In this document: positions 53,649 through 62,353 of the stretch, piece after piece | How positions within the stretch are numbered: the stretch's first letter is position 1 | Layout of the letters: each line of letters opens with the position of its first letter | From: a virus | Strand: one strand, 5' to 3' | DNA length: 64,000 bases | Virus record (IMG/VR): IMGVR_UViG_3300045988_047162 | Translations under genes and position numbers: made by a program | The notes under the pieces: generated by a model | What the model saw: the letters and a program-made list of their open reading frames with translations, nothing else | Databases searched by the model: none | Told to the model about the DNA's origin: nothing

Positions 53649-56600
53649 TTGGCAGACCATGTTGAAATCAGACCCGATGACGCTTCTCTTCCGTTGACTT
53701 TGGCGGATATCGCCCTGCGTAACAGCAATATGCGGTTGACGTACCTGTCCGGCACCATCGCCGTCGATAACGGCGACGGCACGGAGACGTGGATTGGCGG
53801 CGGTGATACGGGTGCGGCGATGCCGGGCAGTAATGGCATCATCCCGTGGGTTGGCGATACGACGCCTCCGGGCAGGCCGACCGGTGTGACCGCAGTGTGT
53901 AGGACGGAATGCGTGTTCGTCCAATGGGACGGCACTCTTGAGGGTGGTGTTCCCGCCGATTTCGACCATGTGAAATTGTATGCGAAGCCTGATAGCACTG
54001 GTGAATCGTTGGATTTGGGCCAGTTGCGTGGGAAAGGCGAGCTTGCCACCGGCGTGCTGCCGGTCGGTGATGTGGTCGAGGTTTGGGCCGTCGCCTATGA
54101 CAATGCGCATGACGTGAATGGCGTGTCCAAGCCGAACGCCTCCGACGAGTCGGAGCACGCGACCGTCATCATCGCACCTATCGTGTCGCAGCAGGATTTG
54201 AATGATACGGCGTCGGAGATTCTGGATGCCGCGAAGTCCGATGCCGCCGCTCAGGTGAAGAAGGTCAGCGACGGGTTGGATTCCGCCCGCAAGGATATTG
54301 ACGCGAACACTGACGCTGCGAACGCTTTGAAGAGCCAGCAGACCCAACTGCGTTCCGATTTGGATGCCGCGGCGAAGAAGATCGACGCGAACGCTCAGGG
54401 CGTCGATGCAGTCAGAAAACAGCAGGATACGGCTAACGCGGCGTTGAAGTCTCTTGGCAAGACCGTCGAGGATAACAAGTCGGCTCAGGATGCGATCAAC
54501 GCTCAACAGGCCGAGACGAACAAGACGATTGCCGCGAACAAGACGGCTTTGGCTGATGCGTCGAAACAGTTGGAACAGGCGAAGGCCGATATCAAGACGG
54601 GTCAGGCTGACTTGGCGGACGCTCGGGAGACTCTGGCCGACAATACGGCGAAGCTCGTTCAGGCTCAGAAGGATATCGCCGCGAACAAGACGGCTCAGAC
54701 TGACTTGTCGAAGCAGTTGGCTGCGGCGAAATCCGACATCAAAGCCAATCAGGACAGTCTGACCGCCGCGAATCAGACGATTGCCGCGAATCAGACGGCT
54801 TTGTCTCAAGCGCAGAAGGATATCGCCCAAACCAAGTCCGATCTGACCACGGCGAATGGCGAGATCAGCAAGGCGAAGGAGTCGGCTGCGCAGGCGTATG
54901 CCGAAGCCCATAGCAAGAATCATACGTTTCGTGGGCCGGACGAGCCGAAGGACAATCTGATTGTCGGTGACTTGTGGCTCAAGACCCAAAAATATTGGAC
55001 CCGCTGGAAGGGTGAGAAGAATAATTCGCCGTCCATGCTGGCCGACTTTTACACGTACTGGCAGGGAGCGCCGAATAATTCGCCTTCCGTGCTTGTGCCG
55101 CTGGCCGACCGCGTGATCGATACGCTTGTCTGGGATGGCTCGAATTGGAACCATCTCGGCTATGCCGATGTCGAGAAGAACGCGGACGAAATTTCCAAGG
55201 CGAAGTCGGATATCGCGGACAATGCCGCTAAGACCACGGATGCCCGCAAAGCTGCCGAGAATGCCGCTGCCGCAGCGAAGAACGCGCAGGGCACGGCTGA
55301 TACGGCCAATGGTGCGGCGAAGACCGCGCAGGATACCGCCAATGCTGCTACCGCTGCCGCCAAGAGCGCGACCGCGACCGCAGGTCAGGCGAAGAGCGCC
55401 GCCGACGCGGCGCAGACCGCAGCCGAAAGCGCGAAGAAGACCGCTGGCAATGCGGAGACTTTGGCTAACACGGCCAATGCTTCGGCCAATGCGGCCAAGT
55501 CCGACGCGGCTTCGGCCAAGACGGACGCTTCGGCTGCGAAGACCACCGCCTCGAACGCTTCGAGCGTTGCCACGCAGGCCAAGGCCACCGCAGACAGTGC
55601 GGCACAATCCGCCACCGATGCGGCCAATGCCGCGCAGAAGGCCAATACCGCAGCAGCTGCCGCCGCTGGCGTGGCCAATGGCAAGGCCGACGTGCTGATC
55701 CAGTCCACTGCGCCGGACGCTTCGATGCGCAAGGCTTCGACCTTGTGGATTGACACCACGAATGGCGCGAACACGCCGAAAAGGTGGAATGGGTCGGCTT
55801 GGGTGGCTGTGACCGACAAGGCCGCTACTGACGCCGCGAATGCGGCTGTCAAGGCGAATGATGCGGCCAAGACCGCTCAATCCACCGCTGACAAGGCGCA
55901 GACGGCTGCGGCCAATGCGGCTTCTCAGGCTAATCAGGCTCAGGCCGCCGCTCAGAAGGCGCAGACCACTGCTGATGGTAAGAACCTCATCTACCGTGGC
56001 CCCGACGAGCCGAATCATGATGGCTTGAAGCCGGGGGACATGTGGTGGCGCACGCAGAAATATTGGACGAGGTGGAAGGGTGAGAAGAACAATTCGCCGT
56101 CCATGCTGGCCGATTTTTATACGTACTGGACGGGCGCGCCGAACAACAGTCCGAGCGTCTTGGTGCCCTTGTCCGATCGTGTGGTGGAAGTCCTGACGTG
56201 GGACGGTACGAGATTCGAGCCATTCGACCTCGTGGCGAACAACATCCTCGCTGCTGGCACGGTGGCCGCGAAGCATCTCGCCGCCGACTCAGTGACCGCC
56301 GAGAAGGTCAAGGCCAATGCCATCACCGTTGACAAGCTCGCAGCCAATTCGGTCACGACCGAAAAGCTGGTCGCCGACGCGGTGACCGCTGGCAAGCTCG
56401 CTGCGGACAGCGTGCAGGCGCGCAATATCGTCGCACTGTCCATCACGTCCGACAAGATTGCAGCCAATTCCGTGACCACGGCCAAACTCCGCGTCACTGA
56501 GGATATGATGGTGGCTCTCCTGAAGGCTCATCAGATTCAGGCGGGGGATATAGCGGCTAACGCGGTCACATCAGACAATATCATAGCCAACGCCATCAAT

Positions 56601-58505
56601 TCAGGAAAGATCGCCGCCAACGCGGTGACTTCTGACAAGATTGTGACGAACGCTGTCACGTCGGATAAGATTCTCGCCAATTCGGTGACCACGGCGAAGC
56701 TCAAGGTCACTGAGGATATGACCGTCGCGCTTTTGAAGGCGCATCAGATTCAGGCCGGTGAGCTTGCCGCCAATAGTGTGACCGGTCAGAACATCAAGGC
56801 CGACGCATTGTATGGCAAGACGATTCAGGGTGGCGTGTTCCGCACGTCCGATGGGCGGATGGTCATCAATGATGCTGGTATCGTCGCCAAGGCGAAATCC
56901 GGTAGGAAACGTCAGGCGTATTACACATATTGGCAGGGCGAACCGAACAATAGTCCGTCCGTGCTGGTGACTGTGGATTTGGCTGATGATGAGTCGTTCG
57001 TACTGGATTCTCAGTCCGGCACGGTCGCCATGTGCGGTGAGATACTGTCCGGCTCCACGATCAGCGGCACGTCGATTGTGGGTAGCGAGTTCCGTACCGC
57101 GAACTCGCGCATGTTGCTGAACGATAGCGGCTTGGTGTTGCGGAACACGCAGGGCAAGGCCACTGTCACGTTGAATGCCGCGTCCGGCAGTGCGACGTTC
57201 AGTGGCACCGTGACGGGTTCGACGATCACTGGCGGCACGGTGTCCGGCGCTGTGATTACTGGTAGCGCGTTCACGTCTCCTGACGGGAAGACGAAACTGA
57301 ACTCTTCCGGCTTCTACGTGGGAGACAAACTCTCGTATGATGCTAAATCCGGCGTGCTGTCGTTGAAGGGCAGTATCCAGTCGGGGTCGGATTTGAGTGG
57401 CGTGACCGTGACCGGTTCCACCATTCAGACTTCCAGTACTGCCAACCGTGGGTTGAAGCTCACTTCCGGTGGTCTCGTCGCCTACGACGGGAATGGTAAC
57501 GCGAAGTTCACGTTGAAGTCTGACGGCACCATTCAGATGAATGGCGCTTTACTGACGAACGGTAAGATAACCGCCGCCACGTTGGAGGGTGGCACGATCA
57601 CCGGTGGAACGATTACTGGTGGCACGATTCAGTCGAGTTCCGCAGCTAATACCGGTTTCAAACTGTCCGGTGGAGCTTTGGACTTCTACGACAAGTCGAA
57701 CAATCGCACCATCCATTTGAACGGTACCGACAATCTGCTTTCCGGCAGGTTCCAGACCGCATTGTCAGGCCCACGATTGGTATTGAACAATACGACGGCC
57801 AGTGACGGCAGTGTGTATGGTCTACTGAAATGCTATGACGCGAATGGTGTCGCATGGTATACGCAGGGACAGTCGCATGGTTTCAACCCGTCGGGTCAGA
57901 ACGACCCTGGCGCTTACCGGCGTTTGAACATTGGTATTGACCCGTCGAATAGTGAATTGTCGGTCGTCCGTTTCAATTCCGGCGCTTCACGTATTCAGAT
58001 GAATGCTGGCCGTGTGGACATCAACGGTGAGGATGGTTGGTCGAAACATATCGGCGGCTTGGGTATTTACGTGAATGGTTCGCGTATCGACCCTGTCGTG
58101 TACACGGATTTGAGCGACTGGTTCGTTCCTTCGTCGGGTTGGACTGCTTACGCGGGTGATAGCGGCAAGGATTACCGCAGTCACATGACCGTGATCGGCA
58201 ACACTTGTTACATGCAGTTGGAATTGCAGCGTTCCGACAAAAAGAGCGTCACGCTCAACGCAGGCGACTACCTCGACATCGGCTGGTTCAAGGAAGGATT
58301 CACCCCGAAAATCGGCCTGAACGTGCCCTGCATCTTCAACAACGGCCAGTATGGCGGCGCGTTCGTTCCCGGAAACACGGTCCCCAGCACCGTGGACCCG
58401 GACATCAACGGCGACGGCGTGTACCTGCGCGGTCACCTCCGCGTCGGCACTCGACAGCAATCCGTCGCCTGGTGGGTTTCCGTGTTCATGATGTTCACTA
58501 TTTGA
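53649..58505 (+). CDS. giant tail fibre protein (1,618 aa)
   Basis: TTG start 8 nt after GGAG. Contains long Ala/Lys/Gln/Thr coiled-coil stretches, internally duplicated modules, (A/S)NSVT..K(L/I) repeats and Gly/Thr-rich beta-like repeats. Confidence 0.8.
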   Translation: MADHVEIRPDDASLPLTLADIALRNSNMRLTYLSGTIAVDNGDGTETWIGGGDTGAAMPGSNGIIPWVGDTTPPGRPTGVTAVCRTECVFVQWDGTLEGGVPADFDHVKLYAKPDSTGESLDLGQLRGKGELATGVLPVGDVVEVWAVAYDNAHDVNGVSKPNASDESEHATVIIAPIVSQQDLNDTASEILDAAKSDAAAQVKKVSDGLDSARKDIDANTDAANALKSQQTQLRSDLDAAAKKIDANAQGVDAVRKQQDTANAALKSLGKTVEDNKSAQDAINAQQAETNKTIAANKTALADASKQLEQAKADIKTGQADLADARETLADNTAKLVQAQKDIAANKTAQTDLSKQLAAAKSDIKANQDSLTAANQTIAANQTALSQAQKDIAQTKSDLTTANGEISKAKESAAQAYAEAHSKNHTFRGPDEPKDNLIVGDLWLKTQKYWTRWKGEKNNSPSMLADFYTYWQGAPNNSPSVLVPLADRVIDTLVWDGSNWNHLGYADVEKNADEISKAKSDIADNAAKTTDARKAAENAAAAAKNAQGTADTANGAAKTAQDTANAATAAAKSATATAGQAKSAADAAQTAAESAKKTAGNAETLANTANASANAAKSDAASAKTDASAAKTTASNASSVATQAKATADSAAQSATDAANAAQKANTAAAAAAGVANGKADVLIQSTAPDASMRKASTLWIDTTNGANTPKRWNGSAWVAVTDKAATDAANAAVKANDAAKTAQSTADKAQTAAANAASQANQAQAAAQKAQTTADGKNLIYRGPDEPNHDGLKPGDMWWRTQKYWTRWKGEKNNSPSMLADFYTYWTGAPNNSPSVLVPLSDRVVEVLTWDGTRFEPFDLVANNILAAGTVAAKHLAADSVTAEKVKANAITVDKLAANSVTTEKLVADAVTAGKLAADSVQARNIVALSITSDKIAANSVTTAKLRVTEDMMVALLKAHQIQAGDIAANAVTSDNIIANAINSGKIAANAVTSDKIVTNAVTSDKILANSVTTAKLKVTEDMTVALLKAHQIQAGELAANSVTGQNIKADALYGKTIQGGVFRTSDGRMVINDAGIVAKAKSGRKRQAYYTYWQGEPNNSPSVLVTVDLADDESFVLDSQSGTVAMCGEILSGSTISGTSIVGSEFRTANSRMLLNDSGLVLRNTQGKATVTLNAASGSATFSGTVTGSTITGGTVSGAVITGSAFTSPDGKTKLNSSGFYVGDKLSYDAKSGVLSLKGSIQSGSDLSGVTVTGSTIQTSSTANRGLKLTSGGLVAYDGNGNAKFTLKSDGTIQMNGALLTNGKITAATLEGGTITGGTITGGTIQSSSAANTGFKLSGGALDFYDKSNNRTIHLNGTDNLLSGRFQTALSGPRLVLNNTTASDGSVYGLLKCYDANGVAWYTQGQSHGFNPSGQNDPGAYRRLNIGIDPSNSELSVVRFNSGASRIQMNAGRVDINGEDGWSKHIGGLGIYVNGSRIDPVVYTDLSDWFVPSSGWTAYAGDSGKDYRSHMTVIGNTCYMQLELQRSDKKSVTLNAGDYLDIGWFKEGFTPKIGLNVPCIFNNGQYGGAFVPGNTVPSTVDPDINGDGVYLRGHLRVGTRQQSVAWWVSVFMMFTI

Positions 58506-58527
58506 TTTTGATGATTGGAGATTGATT

Positions 58528-58815
58528 ATGGCTGATAATGCCGAAACTACTACTGCGTCTGCGTCTGGCGTTTTGGATTTGCGCCCGCCGAAGGAGAGTT
58601 TGAAGGCTGAACTGTATCGTTTGGGCTTGCGGTTCACGTTTGCTCAGGATGCTGGTGAGGTTTGGCAGGATGATTCGCGTGGCGTGCGTGCAACGTTTGA
58701 TGATACTGGCCAGAGTGTCTTGTTGGAGGATATTGTCACTCACGTTACCCGCACGCTCACCTTGGACGAGCTTAAGGGCGTGACGCGTATCGACACGATG
58801 ACCGCCGCAGACTAA
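58528..58815 (+). CDS. hypothetical protein
   Basis: GGAG RBS. 95 aa. Confidence 0.5.
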   Translation: MADNAETTTASASGVLDLRPPKESLKAELYRLGLRFTFAQDAGEVWQDDSRGVRATFDDTGQSVLLEDIVTHVTRTLTLDELKGVTRIDTMTAAD

Positions 58816-58837
58816 TCCAGCATTCCAGTTTTTTCAA

Positions 58838-58875
58838 CCCCTGCAATCCACGCGGATTGCGGGGGTTTCGTATTT
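58838..58875 (+). terminator. rho-independent terminator
   Basis: cccctgcaatcc-acgc-ggattgcggggg followed by tttcgtattt. Confidence 0.6.
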
Positions 58876-58887
58876 AAGGAGACTATT

Positions 58888-59058
58888 TTGGCTCAGATTC
58901 CAGCCGACGCGAACGAGGTCATCGACCAGCTCTCGCAACAGATCGGCACTCTCAACAAGCAAATCGCAATCCTGACCAGTCAGCTCAACGCGGCCATGAA
59001 ATTGATTCCCGCCGACGTGCTCGAAAGCGTGAAGGGGGATACGCATGCAGAGGATTAA
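58888..59058 (+). CDS. possible 56-aa coiled-coil protein
   Basis: TTG start after an AAGGAG RBS. Sequence ...VIDQLSQQIGTLNKQIAILTSQLNAAMK... Overlaps cassette 1 by 14 nt. Below the ORF-track size cut-off. Confidence 0.4.
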   Translation: MAQIPADANEVIDQLSQQIGTLNKQIAILTSQLNAAMKLIPADVLESVKGDTHAED

Positions 59059-59512
59059 CTATTTCACCAATCCGAATTTCACCGGCCCATTCGCCGACGT
59101 AAACATTTCCGGTGAAGTGAAGGCATCATATAACGCCGACACCAAGCAGCTGAACATCTATGGCAACAATGGCGGTTATGGTTTCAATCTCACCGTGCCG
59201 AAAAACGCGGCACTCGTATTCGCCTGCTTCCTCTGGACGGAACACGACAAAAATCCGAAGCCGCTCACGGTGTACAGTCTCGAGTCAAGCGACACCAAGC
59301 CTATCGCTTATGCCACCGTCTCCCAGAATGCGAACAATTTGCTCCTGCGATTCAACTCCACCGGCAGTGGCCGGATACGTGTCGAATTCTATCCGAACGG
59401 CAGTGCCGCGAATATCGCCAATCCGATTTTGGAATTGGCCGACACTTACGATAAAGCCGTGGGGGGGGGGCTTCCGGGCTTCTTCTCCGGCGACACGATG
59501 CCACGCGCATAG
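59045..59512 (+). CDS. receptor-binding-like cassette 1 (ends ...GLPGFFSGDTMPRA)
   Basis: Paralogous C-terminus shared with the next two genes. N-terminus INYFTNPNFTG. Contains a G10 tract. Confidence 0.65.
   Translation: MQRINYFTNPNFTGPFADVNISGEVKASYNADTKQLNIYGNNGGYGFNLTVPKNAALVFACFLWTEHDKNPKPLTVYSLESSDTKPIAYATVSQNANNLLLRFNSTGSGRIRVEFYPNGSAANIANPILELADTYDKAVGGGLPGFFSGDTMPRA
59461..59470 (+). repeat. G10 homopolymer inside cassette 1
   Basis: Ten consecutive G flanked by t and c, read in frame as Gly-Gly-Gly. Lies 14 codons before the stop. Confidence 0.95.
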
Positions 59513-59539
59513 GAGCGTCCGTCGGGCGGGTGATGTCCG

Positions 59540-59908
59540 ATGATAATCACGAACCTATGCCCGAGCCCAACCTCGACCATCACCTTGAGAGCCAACAATT
59601 GGGTGCATCTCACGACCGTTCCGAGCGTGAGATATATGACATATTGGGTCAGTTTCGATATGAACGTCACAGGCGGCACTGTCTCGATTATCGGAACACA
59701 GGGCGAATTCAGCGCACGCCAACGTGTCAGCTACATGACGTACGTCGACAATTCCGGTCCGCTATCAGTGAATTATTCCGTCAAGTCAGGCAGTCCGACC
59801 GTCACCGTGACAAATATACTCCTCTGCACGTTGGCCGAGTATCAGGCGAACAAGACCCTGCTCGGCGGCATCGGATATTTCACCGGGGATACGATGCCGC
59901 GCGCCTAA
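59540..59908 (+). CDS. receptor-binding-like cassette 2 (ends ...GGIGYFTGDTMPRA)
   Basis: Shares the C-terminal motif. Confidence 0.6.
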   Translation: MIITNLCPSPTSTITLRANNWVHLTTVPSVRYMTYWVSFDMNVTGGTVSIIGTQGEFSARQRVSYMTYVDNSGPLSVNYSVKSGSPTVTVTNILLCTLAEYQANKTLLGGIGYFTGDTMPRA

Positions 59909-59927
59909 CCCCTTTGGGGGTGGTGGC

Positions 59928-60320
59928 ATGACTCCCATCGTTAATCACTGCGTCATGCCGAAAGACGGTGTGAGCGTCAAGACGACGAACACGACACCAT
60001 CGGACATCACCTTCACGGGGTTGACGGCGGGCGTGAAATACCATGTGAGCGTCGTCTGTTACATGCTGTCCACGAGTGGCGACAATCCGCGCTTGCGTCT
60101 CACCACCAATGGCAGCGATAGTGGGCTGGTCACTTCGAATGGTCGCGTGGATTACGTCTTCACCGCCGCCAGCACCACTCACGGCATTCTCGTCGGTCTG
60201 AACAATTGCACGGTCAATCTGAGCAAAGGCTTGTGCGTGCCTCAAGACCAGTGGCAGCAGCTCGTCTCGTTGGGATTGCCGGGCAATTATTTCGATGGCG
60301 ACACCATGCCAAAAGATTAA
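59928..60320 (+). CDS. receptor-binding-like cassette 3 (ends ...GLPGNYFDGDTMPKD)
   Basis: Shares the C-terminal motif. Confidence 0.6.
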   Translation: MTPIVNHCVMPKDGVSVKTTNTTPSDITFTGLTAGVKYHVSVVCYMLSTSGDNPRLRLTTNGSDSGLVTSNGRVDYVFTAASTTHGILVGLNNCTVNLSKGLCVPQDQWQQLVSLGLPGNYFDGDTMPKD

Positions 60321-60341
60321 ACGATTTCAAGGAGATGTAAT

Positions 60342-60731
60342 GTGCTGCAGAATTTTCTAGCCGGTTTCGGGGGTGTGGGTGGCGCGTGCGCCCTCATCAC
60401 GCTCGGATTGAAAGTCTGGCCGGGCGCGTTGGACGCGCTTGCAACCGGATTGTACGCGCACGTGCGGCCGGAACGCCTGCCCTATGACAGTCCGCTCTCG
60501 CAGCATTTCGCCAAGACCCGCCGCCTCGGCGAACGCACCGAGAAATTCGACGGACGTTTGGACGAGCTATGCCGGGACACGATCAAAAACACGATCATCA
60601 GCCTGATCTACGGCGACAAGGACACCGACCACAGCGAGGCCGTCAGCTACGAGCTGTCGAAGCTTGAGAAATTGGACGCGCAATGCTGGATAATCGCTGC
60701 CGCCGAAAAATACTTGGAGGACAGGCAATGA
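60342..60731 (+). CDS. membrane protein of the lysis cassette (holin-like or lysis accessory)
   Basis: GTG start after an AAGGAG RBS. N-terminal hydrophobic segment FLAGFGGVGGACALITLGL. Confidence 0.5.
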   Translation: MLQNFLAGFGGVGGACALITLGLKVWPGALDALATGLYAHVRPERLPYDSPLSQHFAKTRRLGERTEKFDGRLDELCRDTIKNTIISLIYGDKDTDHSEAVSYELSKLEKLDAQCWIIAAAEKYLEDRQ

Positions 60732-61021
60732 CGCATCTAGCCATCGCAGGCGGCGCATGCCTGCTGCTCCTCGCGCTCGTCCTCGTGTTCAATCATGGCG
60801 CGCATCAGAAGTCAGGCTCTCCGGCTGGCGCTGTCACCACGGACAAGCTGGTGGCTGACGCGGTTACGTCCGGCAAATTGGTTGCGAACAGCGTGCAGGC
60901 GCGGCACATCACCGCTCTTGCGGTCACAGCCGACAAGCTCGCGGCCAACAGCGTGACGACCGCGAAACTGCGCGTCACGGAAGATATGACGGTCGCGCTG
61001 CTCAACGCGCACTTGCGTTGA
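60728..61021 (+). CDS. membrane-anchored protein carrying a copy of the tail-fibre repeat segment
   Basis: N-terminal TM AIAGGACLLLLALVLVF. The following 62 aa are about 75% identical by eye to fibre residues ...SVTTEKLVADAVTAGKLAADSVQARNIVALSITSDKIAANSVTTAKLRVTEDMMVALLKAH... Confidence 0.55.
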   Translation: MTHLAIAGGACLLLLALVLVFNHGAHQKSGSPAGAVTTDKLVADAVTSGKLVANSVQARHITALAVTADKLAANSVTTAKLRVTEDMTVALLNAHLR

Positions 61022-61040
61022 TTTTCGCATCAGTTTTTAA

Positions 61041-61070
61041 AGCCATCCCACTTCGGGATGGCTTTTCTAT
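61041..61070 (+). terminator. hairpin plus T-run before the endolysin gene
   Basis: agccatccc-acttc-gggatggct followed by ttttctatt. Confidence 0.6.
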
Positions 61071-61103
61071 TGCCCCTTGACTTGGGGGCGGGAAGGAGAG
61101 GAT

Positions 61104-62342
61104 GTGGGCATCCTCAACAACAAAGGCAAGCCGAAGCACAAGCGTCTGCGTCGGCATATCGGCAAGCCGCTGACCGCGTTGGCTGCGGTGCTGTGCGTCG
61201 CCGTCGCGCCGGTCGCCAGCGCGAACATGAACATCATCGACGTTTCCGGCTGGCAGAGTGCAGACGTGACGCGCGTGGTGGACGCCGACGCGGCCATCGT
61301 TAAGATCACGGAGGGTGGCGGCTACGTGAACCCGTCTTGGCGCAGCCAGACCGATTGGGCACGTCAGACCGGCAAGGCTTGCGGCGGCTACCATTACGCG
61401 GACGGCGGCAACGTCACCGCCGAGGTGAACCATTACCTGAATCAGTTCAACGGTTATGTGGGCCAGTGCGTGCTCGCGTTGGACTGGGAGTCCAACGGCA
61501 ACGCAGCTTGGGGCAACGGCGACTGGGTGCGCCAGTGGGTCAACCAGGTGTATTCGCGTACCAAGGTTTGGCCCATCGTGTACGTGCAGGACAGTGCCGT
61601 GTATCAGATTCCGTCCGACGTGCGCGCCCATTGCATGCTGTGGAAGGCTCAGTACGCTTCCATGAACGCGACCGGCTGGCAGTCCACTCCGTGGAATGCT
61701 GGTAGCAAGGGCGAGGGCATGGTGCAGTATGCGTCCACCGGCTATCTGAACGGTGTCGGCCCGTTGGATTTGAACCTGTTCTTCGGTGAGCGTGACGCTT
61801 GGCAGAAGATCGCGAACGGCGATAGGGGTAAGACCCATGCCGAGGTGAGACATGATCCGGTCAGGCCGCAGGTCACTGCCACGCCGGACTACAATGACAT
61901 GGCCACGAAGGTCATTCGCGGCGTGTACGGCAACGGCAATGAGCGTCGTCAGGCTCTTGGCGGTGCCTATGACACGGTGATGGCGATAGTTAACCAGCGT
62001 CTCGGCGGCTCTGGTGGCGCGTCCACTGCGGTGAACTGCGGTAGCCTGTGCGTGACCGTCAAGTCCGGTGACACGTTGAGTTCCATCGCAGCTAGCAATG
62101 GTGGTTCGTGGAACCAGTGGACGGGGTACCGTTCGGGTAATCCGAACGTCATCTACGCTGGCGAGACCGTCTGCCGTCGCACCGGCACGGGCACGGTCGC
62201 CACCGGTGGACGGTACGTGGTTCGTTCCGGCGACACCCTCGGCGGCATTGCCGCATATTACAGGGTCAACATGTACAGCATCCACGGTTATCGTTCCGGC
62301 AATCCGGCGTTAATCTATCCGGGCGAAACCCTCTACTGGTGA
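61104..62342 (+). CDS. endolysin: signal peptide, GH25 muramidase, Cpl-7 repeat and two LysM domains
   Basis: GTG start after GGAAGGAGAGG. Signal-like KPLTALAAVLCVAVAPVASA. GH25 IDVSGWQ...KITEGGGYVNP...GGYHYA. Cpl-7 GVYGNGNERRQALGGAYDTVMAIVNQ. LysM VKSGDTLSSIA and VRSGDTLGGIA. Confidence 0.85.
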   Translation: MGILNNKGKPKHKRLRRHIGKPLTALAAVLCVAVAPVASANMNIIDVSGWQSADVTRVVDADAAIVKITEGGGYVNPSWRSQTDWARQTGKACGGYHYADGGNVTAEVNHYLNQFNGYVGQCVLALDWESNGNAAWGNGDWVRQWVNQVYSRTKVWPIVYVQDSAVYQIPSDVRAHCMLWKAQYASMNATGWQSTPWNAGSKGEGMVQYASTGYLNGVGPLDLNLFFGERDAWQKIANGDRGKTHAEVRHDPVRPQVTATPDYNDMATKVIRGVYGNGNERRQALGGAYDTVMAIVNQRLGGSGGASTAVNCGSLCVTVKSGDTLSSIAASNGGSWNQWTGYRSGNPNVIYAGETVCRRTGTGTVATGGRYVVRSGDTLGGIAAYYRVNMYSIHGYRSGNPALIYPGETLYW

Positions 62343-62353
62343 TTGGAGTAACT

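Noticed and set aside
55126-55698. Pro/Arg-rich 190-aa plus-strand ORF and other alternative-frame ORFs inside the fibre gene.
   Set aside because: These are alternative frames of an Ala-rich (GCN-rich) coding region. They have no start context and a low-complexity composition.
43704-58505. CRISPR-like or tandem-repeat arrays suggested by periodic sequence in the tape measure and fibre genes.
   Set aside because: The periodicity is in-frame coding repetition inside long ORFs. There is no repeat-spacer architecture, no leader and no cas genes.
59045-60320. Invertase-driven shufflon (Rin/Min-type) for the three cassettes.
   Set aside because: All three cassettes are co-oriented complete ORFs. 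I saw no inverted crossover repeats, and no serine invertase gene lies nearby. The only recombinase is the distal tyrosine integrase.
53649-61021. Diversity-generating retroelement (template/variable repeat) as an explanation for the fibre-like repeats.
   Set aside because: No reverse transcriptase ORF is present anywhere in the window. The differences between the copies are spread over all bases, largely at synonymous positions, and are not adenine-specific.
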